From Cyanophora paradoxa CCMP329 (lineage: Eukaryota; Plantae; Glaucophyta), in the NCBI GenBank assembly GCA_004431415.1, contig QPMI01000246.1, positions 1 through 64,000 on the forward strand: a stretch of 64,000 bases of DNA, in the 5' to 3' direction. Both the position numbers and the translations under genes were made by a program. Shown here in pieces: positions 1 through 12,100 of this stretch; position 1 is the stretch's first letter; every line of letters starts with the position of its first letter. The notes under the pieces were generated by a model. It saw only the letters and a list, made by a program, of their open reading frames with translations, searched no databases and was not told where the DNA came from.

Positions 1-593
1 GGGATCTTTACAAAGGAGATCTTTTAAAACCACCACCGGGATCTTTACAAAGGAGATCTTTTAAAACCACCGGGATCTTTACAAAGGAGATCTTTTAAAA
101 CCACCGGGATCTTTACAAAGGAGATCTTTTAAAACCACCGGGATCTTTATAAAGGAGATCTTTTAAAACCACCGGGATCTTTACAAAGGAGATCTTTTAA
201 AACCACCGGGATCTTTATAAAGGAGATCTTTTAAAACCACCGGGATCTTTACAAAGGAGATCTTTTAAAACCACCGGGATCTTTACAAAGGAGATCTTTT
301 AAAACCACCGGGATCTTTACAAAGGAGATCTTTTAAAACCACCGGGATCTTTACAAAGGAGATCTTTTAAAACCACCGGGATCTTTACAAAGGAGATCTT
401 TTAAAACCACCGGGATCTTTACAAAGGAGATCTTTTAAAACCACCGGGATCTTTACAAAGGAGATCTTTTAAAACCACCGGGATCTTTACAAAGGAGATC
501 TTTTAAAACCACCTAAAGGAGATCTTTTAACCACCGGGATCTTTATAAAGGAGATCTTTTAAAACCACCGGGATCTTTATGAAGGAGATCTTT
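1..593. repeat. 34-bp minisatellite, about 17 copies (GGGATCTTTACAAAGGAGATCTTTTAAAACCACC), probably intronic and running off the window edge
   Basis: Units start at 38, 72, 106 and so on (period 34). Variants are C/T at one position and an extra ACC. It begins shortly after a minus-strand GTGCGT donor near 616. Confidence 0.95.
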
Positions 594-615
594 TCAGTCT
601 GAGGGCCGGGACGCA

Positions 616-3600
616 CGGCGGCGCCGCGCTGGAGGTCGGCGTTGGTGACGAGGACCCACGTCGTCCGGAACGTCGGGAAGACCTGGACGGGAGGGGGGGG
701 GGGGGGGGTGAGAAGGGCGAGGCGGGGGCAGCGGAGGGAGGGCGCGGCGCGGCTGTAGCTAGGCGAGCTCTCCCGGCTCGTTAGCCGGCCGCCCCCGCCA
801 TCCCCATCGACCGGGGCGGCCGGGGCGGCCGGGGAGCCAGCGCCGGCGGATCTCGCCCGCCCAGGCGGCCCCTCCCGGAGCTGAAGGGGCGGGGGGGGCG
901 GGGCGGCCGGGGCGGGGCGGCCGGGGCGGGGCGGCCGGGGCGGGGCGTCTTGCCCGACAAGTAAGTCTTGCCCGACAGGGCAGAGTCTTAACTCTACCGC
1001 CACACCTAAGCCACCTTAGGCTATTTCTCCGCTCGTTAGCCGGCCGCCCCCGCCATCCCCATCGACCGGGGCGGCCGGGGCGCCCCCATCGGACAGCGCC
1101 CGCGAGGTGCGCGCATTCTTCTGCGCCTCGAGAACGGGGGACGCCGCCGCTTCTTGAACGGAAGCACGCCTAGCGCCTCCGCCACACCCGCGAGGGACCT
1201 AATTCCCTCGCTTCTATCCTACCGCATCCCCATCCACCGGTGGGCGGCCGGGGCGCCCGGGGAGCTAGCCGGTGGATCTCGCCCACCCAGGCGGCCCCTC
1301 CCGGAGCTGGAGAGGCGGGGGCGGGGCGGCCGGGGCGGGGCGCATGTTCTCTCATGATCTAGGCGGCCCCTCCAAGGCGGGGCGGCCGGGGCGGGGCGGG
1401 GCGGGGCGGGGCGCACGTTCTTGCTGATGTAGAAGGAGGACTCCTGCACGCGCACGCTCACGCCCACCGCCCTCGCGTCCTGCCGGAGAGAGTTTAGACT
1501 AGGCTGTGCCCGGCACGCGTGGCTTGCTTGCACTGGGTGTCCTTTATCAACTCTAACTCTAAACTCTACCGCCACACCTAAGCCACTTAGGCAACTCTAT
1601 GTCCTTTTAGCCACTTAGGCTATCTCTCCGCGCACGCTCAAGCCCACCGCTTTTGCGTCCTGTCGGAGGCCCGGAGGGAAGCGTTCGGGGGAGAGGAGGG
1701 GAGGGAAGGGGCGGGCGGGGGCGGGGGCGGGCGGCGGGCGGCGGGCGGGGAGATCATCGGCTCGTTCCGGGGTCTATGACAGGACGACCGAAGCTTTTTT
1801 GAAAAAGCCGCTTGCGGGGCAGGTGTGTAAATATTGCGTTTGTAGGGACACTGTGTGTTTTCGGGGGCGCACGGTGAGCGGGGAGAGGGAGTCCGGCTCC
1901 ATCGTCACGGTCGCCTGCGGGGCGGGCACGGAGGCGGGGATCAGGCTGGGGCGAGCTGGGGCCTAACCAGCAGCTCCCCGAAAGGGGCTCAGCTGGGCCC
2001 CAAAGAGAAGGGCCGACTGGCGCCCGAAGCTCCCCGCCCCCCCTCGGGGGAACGGACCTCGAGATCGCCCGGCTGAAGCCGCCGCTGCACCGCGAACCAA
2101 CGCGCCAGCGCCTCCTGCCGGGTCGGAGGGGGGTACAGGGTTCAGAGGAGGAGGAGCAGGGGGGGAGAGGGAGGGGACCCTGTTGGTGGTCTCATTGGCG
2201 GGGCGCGGGGGGTAGCAGACGGGCTCGGGCTCCCGGAAGAACTGGGGGAGGGGGGTACGGGAACGATTCAGAAGGGAAGAAGGGGGGTACGGTGCGGCCG
2301 CGAACCTTGACGGGTGGGGGCGGGTCGAGGAGGAAGTGGTACCCCTGGAAGGAGGAGGCGAGTAGCTCGCCGTAGGGGATCAGGACCCGCATGTCGATCT
2401 TGAGTCCGACCCTGAGGAGGAGGAGGGGGGAGGAGACGGGGGGACGGGAGCCTCAGTAGGGTATGCAAACGAGGGGGGTACGCGAAGTTGAGGTGGTGGG
2501 GGGTACGGTACGCGACTGGTGGATGACGGAGGAGGCGCGGCGGGCCGCGGCGAGCAGGTCGCCCTCGACCCGCGACCGCGAGACCGCCCCTGCGCGATCG
2601 CGAGCTTCAGCGGTCTTCACGGGGCCGAGAGAGACGGCAGGGGGGGAAGGGTAAGCTCAGGCAGAATCAGATCCGCTTAAGGGCTTAAGCTAAGGCTTTA
2701 GAGCTGAGGCGCGAGCTCTCCTTAAACGGTCTCGCAAGACGCTCGGGCCGAGCGGCCCGCGATCTCTCGGGGAGCTATTTTTGGGGGCGCACCGGGCCAC
2801 CAGCCGGGGCACGCGAGCCCGTGCGGGGTCAGGGGCCCCCTCGCCTCCTCGCAGAGCCCGCTCGGCTCGTCCTCGTACGGCGCCGCGAAGCCTGCGTGCG
2901 CCGAAAATGAGGGGGGGGTAGGGATGAGAATGGGGAAGGGGGGTACCGAGGGCCCCGGAGAAGTACGCGTTGATGTAGAGCCCCCTCGCGAGCTCCGCCT
3001 GCCGGGGGTCCTCGGCCGCCTAAAAATAGAACGAGGGAGGAAGGGGGGTACGCGCCTGCTGGGCGGAGAGGGCGGCGCGTGCCGCGACGTACGCCTCCGC
3101 AGTGCCGTTGGAGACGGCCGCCAGCATGTCGGCCGGCGCCTGCGGATCAAATTTGAAAAAGGGGAAGGGAGAAAGAGCTTCTCAGGGGGTACGGGGGTAC
3201 GGACCTGGAGCCGGACGCGGAGGGGGGAGACGAACGCCGGCTTCGGCGCCCCGTCCGACTGCGCCGCGGGGGGTAATGAAAAAGGGACCGGGGGGGGGAG
3301 GAAGACAGAAGGGGGGTACGGCGGACCTGGAGGCAGAAGGTGTCGGACGGCTCGCAGGGGCTCGCCCATAGGGCCGCCTCCAGGGAGGGAAGGGCGAGCT
3401 GCGGGGGGGTACGGCATCAGACGAGGCACGGGGCGCGAGGAGGTGGGAGGGAGAAGGCTGCGCAGCGCCCGCACCCGCTGCCCGCGGACGTACGAGGCAT
3501 CGAATCCGTACATCCAGAAGTCTGAGAAGGGGGGGGGGGGAGGTTCAGCGGGGTACAGTGCGGGTCGAGCGGCTGAATTGGGTCGGGGGATACCGATCGC

Positions 3601-4557
3601 CCAGCGGAGGGGGGAGGCCCAGAGCCGCGGCTGGTACCAGACGTTGCTCGTCTCGCTGTGCAGCCCGATCGCTTGAAGCGTCGCTGCGCCGAAAGCTCGG
3701 GGGGGGGGGGGGGGAGGCGAGTGGGAGGGAGGGGAGGGGGAAGGGGCCAAGGGGGGTACCCAGCTCGCGCAGGCTGGCGGTGAGGTCGGAGAGGACGGCG
3801 GCCCACCCCTCGGCCCAATCCGGCGCCAGATCCTGCGGCGGCGCGGCGGCGCTTGTCGGTGGCGGGAAGCCGGAAGGGCAGAAGGACGTGGGTACGGGGC
3901 GCGCGCACCCGCCAGCGTACGTCGTTCGCGAGGATGAATGCCGCGAGGCTCGGGTGGCCGCAGTGCTCCCTGCAGAGCCGCCGCAGGGCGTCCCTGTACG
4001 CGGCGCGGGCGCCGGAGTCCCACAGCAGGGAACCGGTGTAGCCTCCCGTGCTGTCGGGCCCGAGCCGGCGCGGCATCGTCTGCGCCGGCAGCGAGAGGAA
4101 GACGCTGAGGCTGTAGCGCTTTCCGAGGCCTGCGGCGCGCGCGCGGGCGTGAGCGGCGCTGGGATCGAGCGCTTGCGCGGGGAACGCGCTCAAGATTAGA
4201 TCCAGGTATGACCAGTCCACGAGGTTGACCACGGTGCAGTTCGCGAAGCCCTGGTCATGGGGCGGGCGACCGGTTGGAGCGCGGACGAGGAGCGGCGCAG
4301 GCGCAGGCGCAGCCGCCCTATCTCACCTCCTTCATCTTGCGGAAGTCGTAGTCGAGGATGAGGCGGACGCTCTCGCGGGGCAGGCCTGCCGGGGGCAAAT
4401 TGTAGTGAAAGCCGGCGCCGAAGAAGGTGATGTCCCGCTGCGTGTCCCGGAAGTGTCCCGTCTCCCTGTCCACGTAGAAGCGCCCCTGGCAAGGTGGGAG
4501 CGCCGCCAGCGCCAGGAGCGCCGCCGCCCACGCAACGAGCCGCCAGCCGGCCCGCAT
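616..4557 (-). CDS. Multi-exon secreted glycoside hydrolase-like protein (clan GH-A TIM barrel, GH5/GH2-like); 3' end probably outside the window
   Basis: Signal peptide MRAGWRLVAWAAALLALAALPPCQG. Later exons read FYVDRETGHFRD...ILDYDFRKMKE, YRDALRRLCREHCGHPSLAAFILAND (resembles the HPA...NE acid/base region) and RQAELARGLYIN...AGFAAPYEDEP. Further small exons continue to about 616; joining them all into one gene is inferred. Confidence 0.55.
770..1670. repeat. Intronic local duplications within the GH-like gene
   Basis: GCTCGTTAGCCGGCCGCCCCCGCCATCCCCATCGACCGGGGCGGCCGGGG at about 776 and 1031; ACTCTACCGCCACACCTAAGCCAC at about 990 and 1563; a degenerate exon-start copy at about 1630-1665 of about 1450-1485. 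Confidence 0.85.
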
Positions 4558-4978
4558 GGCGGCGGACGGCCGCCAGACGCGGCCAGCAGCTAGCTGAGGA
4601 TCTCGCTGACCTGAGCGGGCCCACAGGAGCCCAGGAGTTGAAGCTCGGAGGCGCCGATGCGGATGGAAAGACGGCGGGTCGGCTCCCGCGAGGCGAGTTA
4701 TTGAGCAGTCGGTCAGCCCGAGCGACTCCGGCGGATCGTCGGCGCTTTTGGCGAATCCCGCTATCGGTATTGTTGAATCGCAATAGCTCATCGTCGTCGC
4801 GTACCAGAACTCCGTCAGCGCCCGCGGTCCCGAGCCCAGCGTGCTGCTGCACCGGCGCTAGGCTCTGCTGCAGATCACTTCGCGGCCCAGCCCGCAGCCC
4901 AGCCACGCTCTAGCGCGATCCGCGGCTCGGGCCCCGCGGGCAGCGATCCGGGAGCTCGAGAAGCTCGTCCTGGCGGCG

Positions 4979-6163
4979 ATGGAGGAGCTGGGAGGCTTCG
5001 ACCTCGCGGACGACTACGCGGCGGAGGCGGAGGAGCACCGCGCCGCGACCGAGGAGCGGCGGGCTGCGCGGCTGCGCGAGCACTGCCAGATCACGAGCAC
5101 CGAGCCGCTCTGGTTCACGCGCGAGGGCGCAGTCGTCTTCGACAGCGACGAGCTCGCGCGGGGCGTGAGCCTCGACCCCCGCGAGCTCACGGGCGACCCC
5201 ACCGGCCGGTGCGCGCCCCGCCTCCCGCGCCCGCCCGGACCGCGGCGAACGACGGCGGCCGCCGGCCGCGCCGCAGGCAAAAGGCGATCGCGGAGTACGA
5301 GTACAGCCGCGGGCGGTACGAGGAGGCGCTGGCGGCGTGCCGGGAGGTCCTGGGCGACGGCGTTGGCTCATCTGAGCGCGAGCCGCGCGGCGCGAGCGTC
5401 GGAGAGACGCGCAACAGGCGGGACGCCGCGTGCGTCGCCGCGCGGTGCCTTGCCCGCCTCGGGCGGCCCGCGGAGGCGCTACCCCTCCTTCAGCCCCTCG
5501 TGGTCGGCCTTTCCTCCCCTTCCCCCCTCAACCCTTCGCCGTACCCCGCCCGCTCACCTGAGCCACAGGACGGGGGCCAGCGGGTCGACTGCGGTGACGT
5601 CATGCTGCTCGCCCGGTGCCTCCAGGAGTGCGGGGACTTGCCAGGCGCGCGCTTTCCCGTACCCGAACCCCCCTTACCTTCTCCCCCCGCCCCGCGCTGA
5701 CCGTACCCCCCTTGCCCCTCCCAGGAGCCATCGCCTGCTACCAGAAGTACATCTCGGCTGTACCCGAGGAGCCCCGGGGGTGGATCGCGCTGGGGAGGGC
5801 GTACCTGGAACGATCGCGGGCGGGGGGGCCGGCCGCCGCCGCGCGGCGACGGCGGGCCGAGCTCTGCGCCCGGAGGGGCGGGCAGCTGATCGGGCCGGTC
5901 CGCGCGGCGCGGGGGGTACGCGCCGCGGCGCTGGCGGACGAGGCTGCCGCCCTTGCGGCGGAGGCGGCGGGGGAGGAGCCCGGGCGGAGGGGAGGAGGGC
6001 GAGGAGGCCGAGGGGGGTACAGCGAGTTCGGCGGCGCTGGTTCGCGGGCGGGCGGCTGGCGGCGGTCGTGGCGGGGCCCGGGCCCGGCGCGGCGGCGGGG
6101 GCGGCGGCGGGGGAGGGCGAGGAAGATGATGATGCGGACGCCTTCGACGCCTCAAAGCTCTGA
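4979..6163 (+). CDS. TPR-repeat-like protein (spliced), divergent from the GH-like gene
   Basis: Exons give AEYEYSRGRYEEALAACREVL, AARCLARLGRPAEALPLLQ, LARCLQECGDLPGAIACYQKYISAVPEEPRGWIALGRAYL, which are typical TPR helix pairs. Acidic C-terminus. Confidence 0.75.
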   Translation: MEELGGFDLADDYAAEAEEHRAATEERRAARLREHCQITSTEPLWFTREGAVVFDSDELARGVSLDPRELTGDPTGRCAPRLPRPPGPRRTTAAAGRAAGKRRSRSTSTAAGGTRRRWRRAGRSWATALAHLSASRAARASERRATGGTPRASPRGALPASGGPRRRYPSFSPSWSAFPPLPPSTLRRTPPAHLSHRTGASGSTAVTSCCSPGASRSAGTCQARAFPYPNPPYLLPPPRADRTPLAPPRSHRLLPEVHLGCTRGAPGVDRAGEGVPGTIAGGGAGRRRAATAGRALRPEGRAADRAGPRGAGGTRRGAGGRGCRPCGGGGGGGARAEGRRARRPRGVQRVRRRWFAGGRLAAVVAGPGPGAAAGAAAGEGEEDDDADAFDASKL

Positions 6164-6802
6164 GCGCGATCTCGGATCGCGCGCGCCTCGTGTTCTTTGC
6201 ACTTGCAAGATTACAATGAGTCCCAAAAGGATTGACGATATATTTATGCAATTGCAATACGACTCGGCGAGCCCTTCGGGATCTTACGAGCCCGGCGCCG
6301 GGCGATGCGGCAAAGAGTCACAGACGTCGACTCTTATATTAGTGTTAGTGTGCACGTTAACGTTGGGCGTCGGCCGTGGGATTCGTATCCTATATCTCAT
6401 TACTTTGCATTCATCAAATACAAAAATACCAGCACAGGTATCAAGCACATCGATTATCGCGATTGTCCGTCTCCTACTAAGCCTGACAACCGGAGGAACT
6501 GACTGTCTGTTGAAACTCACTTCCCCGAGGACGATACAGAGGATATCTAACACACGGCACACTGGCACGCCCTTGAAAACTGAAAGCCGACCTACAACTA
6601 AAGCAACCGAAATCCTACACGCGGCGAGTACGATCTGAAGGGCGAATCTGAGAGCACTATAGTGATGTATACGACTGGTACTTACAAGCCTCAAGAACTC
6701 TGCATAAATATTACAGACCCGGATACGCACACGCCGAGCGAAAGCCTGAAATCAGATGGGCTATATGAGTACAAGGATAGGGAGGAAATGAAGGCGCAGA
6801 TG

Positions 6803-7944
6803 TCATGCGCGGGAGAAAGGGTCGGCGCGGTGCTTGATGCGGTTCACGGCCGCGAGCCACGCGAGGTCCCGCTGGAGCGGCGGGGCCGGCGGCCCGCGCG
6901 GCGCCTGGCGATTGCGGACGGGGCCGGGGGCCGCCTGCTGGTGCGGGGCCTGCGCCTCCTCCTCCTCCATGGCCGCCGTCTGCTGCTGCTGCTGCGCGTC
7001 GACTGCGTGGACCATCTCCTCGCAGGACGGGTTCGCCATCAGCTCCTCAGCCTCCACCTGGAGCTGCTCCAGGGAAAGGCCCACAAGCGCGCCCTGCACG
7101 CTCTCTGCACGCGCGGGCGTCAGCGGCCGGTTCGAAGGGCCAGCGCGAGCGGCGGGGACGGGCGAACCGTGCATGCGCCGCAGCCTCCGCTGCCCGGACT
7201 GCTCGACGACAGTGATGGCGTGAAGGAGATGCCACAGGAACACGGTGGCACGGAGAGCGATGGTGGTGAGCTCGGCGTCGGTCGGGTTCTGGAGCCCGCC
7301 GCGGGCGCGCGTGGAAGCGATGTGGAGGATGCTGTCGCGGAAGCGGGAGCGAGCAACGCCCTTTGCGCCCTGCCGGTCGCACTCCCAGTCCCGCTTCGCT
7401 CGCTGTGCCGCCTCGGACACGCCCCACGTAGGAAGCAGCGAGCGCTGCGCGGAATCGAATCGAATCGAATCAGCCGTCGAAACGGCGAAGGGACGAGGAC
7501 TGGAGCACAAGATCAGACCTGGATGGCGAAGTGCATTCTCATGTAGCGGTCGTAGTCGAGCAGGTCGTCCTCCGCGGGCTCCGCCGCCTTCGAACAGGAC
7601 GCGGCGGACGGCTGCACGTGGATGGCCGCCCAGATCTGCTCGAGGCCGTCGGAAAAGGCGCGACTGGAGCGAACACGTTTTGAACCACGAACCTGATCGA
7701 CAGCCTTGACTGCCGCGGGAATCTCGTGGAGGCGAGCGCGGATACGCTGGGAAAACGGCCGGGCGAGCGGCTCCGGCGCGGGCTGGGTGGGAGTCTCCGG
7801 TGCACACTTGTTGTGCGCCTCAACTGCTGCTCTCAGCGCCTCGTCGGACGACGGCGCAATCTTCCTGCTCTTCTCCGCATCGGCCGAAGGGAACGCTTGC
7901 TCCAGGAAAGGGGCGACTTTGGTTTTGGGGAGGAGCCAGGTCAT
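6803..7944 (-). CDS. Family B paralog 1 (B''), uncharacterised EF-hand-like helical protein
   Basis: Motifs LLDYDRYMRMHFAIQ, AKRDWECDRQG..RSRFRDSILHIA and C-terminal DLAWLAAVNRI are shared with the loci at 16.5-18.7 kb and 32.7-35.0 kb. Confidence 0.7.
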
Positions 7945-9128
7945 GGCTGCTGTCGGCGTTGGGGCGAGTCGTGCAACGGTGCGTCGGCGGCGTCCGACGG
8001 TCTCCTTGCTGGCTCTCTCTCGCTGCTAGGTGAGCGCGGCCTTTTCCGGGGATCCGTCGCGGCTGCCGAGCAATAACAAGCGAATGCGCTAGCTAGCTAG
8101 CGATTGCTGTCTGCTGATGATGTGCGCTTCGATGCGCCTAGCTTCGCGAAGTATGTGGATGCCAGGCGACTGATCCAGAGAAGGCGCGCCCTCCTAATTT
8201 GATCCGACGCCCTCATAATGAGGTCGGACGTCGCGATCGCGAATTGCAATTGCAAGCACGCGTGTCGCTCTGCATGCGCACGCCGCGAACGAAGTTGCAC
8301 GCGTCCGCGTGCGCATGCAAATTAAAGCTCCGCAAAGCCGAATCTAAAGGAGATTCGAAAAATTCCAAGGGTTTTTCATTATAAATTCGAACATATATTT
8401 ATATATATATACCACACATAATTAATACAAGTGCATATTTCACCCATGATGTGTGTATATATATGATATATCGCGATCGAATAACAGCTGATGATGAGAA
8501 GGGAAACTCCTTTTTTTTAATAAACTTGAATTCATTGAAGGCCATTTTTGAATTGTGCTTGCTCATCATCATTGATCGATTCTAGCATCTCCGATTGAGG
8601 GGAACCTCTGAATGAGGAATCACGAGGCTCACCTGAGGTTCCTGGGGTACAGTAAACTCGGTCACCGAGGGTATATGCGTACGGACGGCCGACCGTCAGA
8701 CCTTCGAATTCAGCTCCGAGTCATGATCAGCCGGCGGGCGCCGCTGAGCGGAGCTCGAGGCGAGTGGTCATCGGCGCAGAGCAGCGCGTAGCACTAGGCG
8801 GCCGGTCAGCAGATCATCTAGCTATATAGCCAAACGCGACAGGCGACGTACAGCTCCCGAATCTAGATCTGCTCCCAAGACCTAAAGAGATCTCGAGTTG
8901 GCCGGGCGGCAGGCGGCTAGTCGGCAGGGCGCCGGTGACGGCAGAAGATGCCATGATGCGCGCGGCGCTCTGCTCTAGCTAACCGAAGGTCTGAACAGCA
9001 CCCCGAGCCCGAAGAGCCTGACCGCTCGGTTCGACACCCGGCCGCGGCCGCGGCTGTCGGCGCGCGCGGCCGACCAGCCACGCGCCGGCGCCGGCGCTGT
9101 GCACGGCGCGACCTCGCCATATATAGGC

Positions 9129-12100
9129 ATGTCGCTTGATGCGGAGATGCGGACCCCCGGCGCGAGCGACGGCCGCCCGATGGCCATGGCTAGCGCTGCG
9201 AATGAGCACGGCCTGCCGTCGCCCCCGGCCTCGCCGGCGCCGTTCGTCCACCTGAACAGGCCATCAACGACGGGCGAAACGATAACCACCAGGCTCCGTG
9301 CGCGCGCGCCGCGGAGCGCCGCTCCGAGCTTGAATTAGATCGCACGCGCGCCCCGGCCCTTGGCCTATAGCTAAGCCCTCCGATCAACCGATCGAACATC
9401 ACAACCGGTCAGGTCTGCCGATCGCCGGCGGCGCCGGCGCCGGCGCCTTCTCCGAGCGCCGGCACCTCTACGAGTCGCTGGAGGGCCTGAAGACGATGCG
9501 GTCCCGTCTGGGGACGCCCCCGAACCAGTTCACCGACGCCGCGGCGCACCTCCGCTCGGCCGAGACGTCCCTAAGCCGCCGGGTAATATACGTATACATA
9601 GCCAGCTAACTTTTAGTTGTCCAGGTCGTCTTTTCCCTTAAGCGGCCGGGCGCTCGCGCAGCAATGGCGGGAGGGCGCTGGGTCGCTGCTGGTGAGCCTG
9701 GCGCACAACGGCGGCGACATCCGCGCCTCGGCCAGCTTCCGGGGGGCGGTCCACCACATATTCCGCAACCGCCCGTGCGCCGCGGCGCCCCGCGGCCGCC
9801 CCCGGCCCGGCCCCTAGCCTGCACCTCGCGACGGCCGGCTCTGATTGATCATGATCATGACGCGCAGCTTTTTCGAGCCAGGTACAGCGCGATCTCATCA
9901 GCTTTAGCTCTCTAAATCTACTGTTCAGATTTATATCGATATAATTAGAATGCGGTGTTGACATTGCTGCGCGTGCGGCGCATGCGCAGGGAGGAAGCGA
10001 GAAACGGTGGACTACGGGCCACCGCAGCGGCGCGAGCGGGCGCGGGAGGAGCGGCCGGCGCCCAAGCGAACGATCATAGACGACTTCCCCGAAGTCTGGA
10101 GGCAGAGCAGGATGGGTACGTTCTTTTCTCTGTTGGGGGGGGGGGGGGGGGGGGGGAGCGGGGGGAATGGGAGGGAGCAGGGGGGAAGCCGCGGGGGAGC
10201 CGGGACGCTTAAGGGTGGAGGGGGGCATCGCCCATAAAATTCACTCAGTACTAGTCCGCTGCCACTGCAGCTGAGCCACCCTCATTCGCCCTCTCACGTG
10301 CTCCCCTCTGTTCTCAGGTGAGGTACTCAAGTCGAGGGGTACAAAATCGTCGAAAGCCGTCGAGGGCGAGGGCGCCGCGGCGGCTCAGAAGGCGCAGGAG
10401 GACGAGCTCGAGGAGGTGCCGTACTCCTCCCCTCCCCCCCCTCCGCCCTCCTCCGCCCGTCCCCCCTAGGCCCTCCCGGCCCCCCCTACCCCCTCGGAGC
10501 TCCCTCCGTCCCCCCCGCCTCCCTTTCTCTTGAATATTTGAGGCTGTCGCGCGCGCAGCTGCGGCAGCTCATGCACAAGAGCTACTACATACCCCTCCGC
10601 ACCATCTTCCGGTACTACGCGAGGCTCGACGGCGCGAAGGTGCCGTACCCCCCTCGCCTGCTGGCGTGTACCCCTGATTTGCCATGCCCCTCCGGGATCC
10701 AGGTCAAGACCATCGCCGTCCGATCCCGCAAGGTGCGATTCGGTACCCCGTCTCAGCGCCTTCCCGCGTCTTAGAGGGGGCATCCCTGCGCAGGTCGACA
10801 ACGACGAGATGTACACCGTCTCGAAGCACGGTACCCCTATCCGGGATTTTCCACCCGCATGGGATGCGCCCTGCTGTGAAACTGACGTAACCCGCGGCCG
10901 GCCGGGCCCGTGCCTTCTCCAACCGGTACCCCCAGAGTTCGACGCTTTCGTAACCGACTGCAAGATTATATCGGGGAGTTCGTCCAAGCATCTCTCGGCA
11001 CCCAAGGTTCGCGTCGCAATTGGCCTAGGACGCAGGCAGGCCAGGCTCGCGCGCGGGTGGGGGTCTCAAGCTTAAGCGTGCCCATCACTTCTGCCTTCGA
11101 ATTTGTCATTTTAAATGCAACAGGTCAATTTAATCTTCATCAACGCAAACAAAGAAGGGGCCACGGACACGGGCCCCGCGGGGCAGGTCCGCTGTACCCC
11201 CCGCAGCTCTCTCCCTCCCGTACCCCCCTTACGGCGAACACAGGCGACGCTGGCCTCCGACGCGAACACGCGGCTGACGATGGTCCTCCCCGAGTTCCTC
11301 AACGCGCGCCCCGCCCCCCCCCCCTCGGAGCGCGTACCCCCTCACGCCCCCCCCCCTCCCCCCCGCCCTCCCGCAGGCCGTCGTCAGGCTCGCGGAGGCA
11401 CGATACGTGCGCGGCACTACCCCCTCCGCTTTCTCTCTCCCCTTCCCCCCCCCCCCCCCCACCTCCCCACCCCCACCCCCCAGCCCACCACACGCCTTTA
11501 TAAACTCTGTACAGGCGCGGGAAGGTCGGAGCCCGGCGGGGCGCCTGTCGCTTCTGATGGAGAACAACGTGTTACCCCACGCCCGATGGTGCATCCCCCT
11601 TAATTTGAGAAGTGTAATTCAGTCTTCGGTCTAGACGTGAGGCTCCTCCGATCCACTGGGCCCGCCCTAGCCTCCAGTCGCCTTGGCTTTGAGCTTCGCC
11701 TTGGCTTATAATACATATAAAGCTTCTTCTCCTAAATCTCTTTGTGGGCTGAACCAGTTCGCCGGGGCGCTTTTCTCGCGTAGGGACGACGTGGAGGAGT
11801 TCCGGCGGCTCCTGCGGCACCCGACCGTCCAGGAGGCCGTCGCCGCCGCCCGGCCCCAGGCCCGCCCCGCCCCGCCCCGCTCCACCCCGCGCGGCCGAGG
11901 CCGAGGCCGTCGCCCCGCCTCTGACCCGGGCCGGCCTTCCCGGGGCGTACCCCCCCTCAGATCCGCCTCCTGTTCGAGAAGTACTGCGGCCTCGACAGCC
12001 TCGCCGCCCGCGCGTACGGCGCCCACAAGAACAAATCGGCGAGCGCCCGTACCCTCCCGCCGGGCGCTCTCTCCAGATTTTGATCTCGAGCTGAAGGCGA

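Noticed and set aside
1-593. CRISPR array
   Set aside because: Units are contiguous with no unique spacers, there are no cas genes, and the context is eukaryotic.
2722-4023. Long Pro/Arg/Gly-rich ORFs here and throughout the ORF track (for example 29601-30614 and 42255-43340)
   Set aside because: They are read-through of GC-rich, stop-poor introns or antisense shadows of spliced genes.
6284-6730. Lower-GC ORFs between convergent genes (also 32221-32532)
   Set aside because: No recognisable motif, clear start or splice support; more likely 3' UTR or intergenic DNA.
8590-8675. Structured ncRNA in the divergent B''/A promoter
   Set aside because: Only short stems (GGAACCTC/GAGGTTCC, CTCGGT/ACCGAG) and no tRNA, snRNA or snoRNA box motifs recognised.
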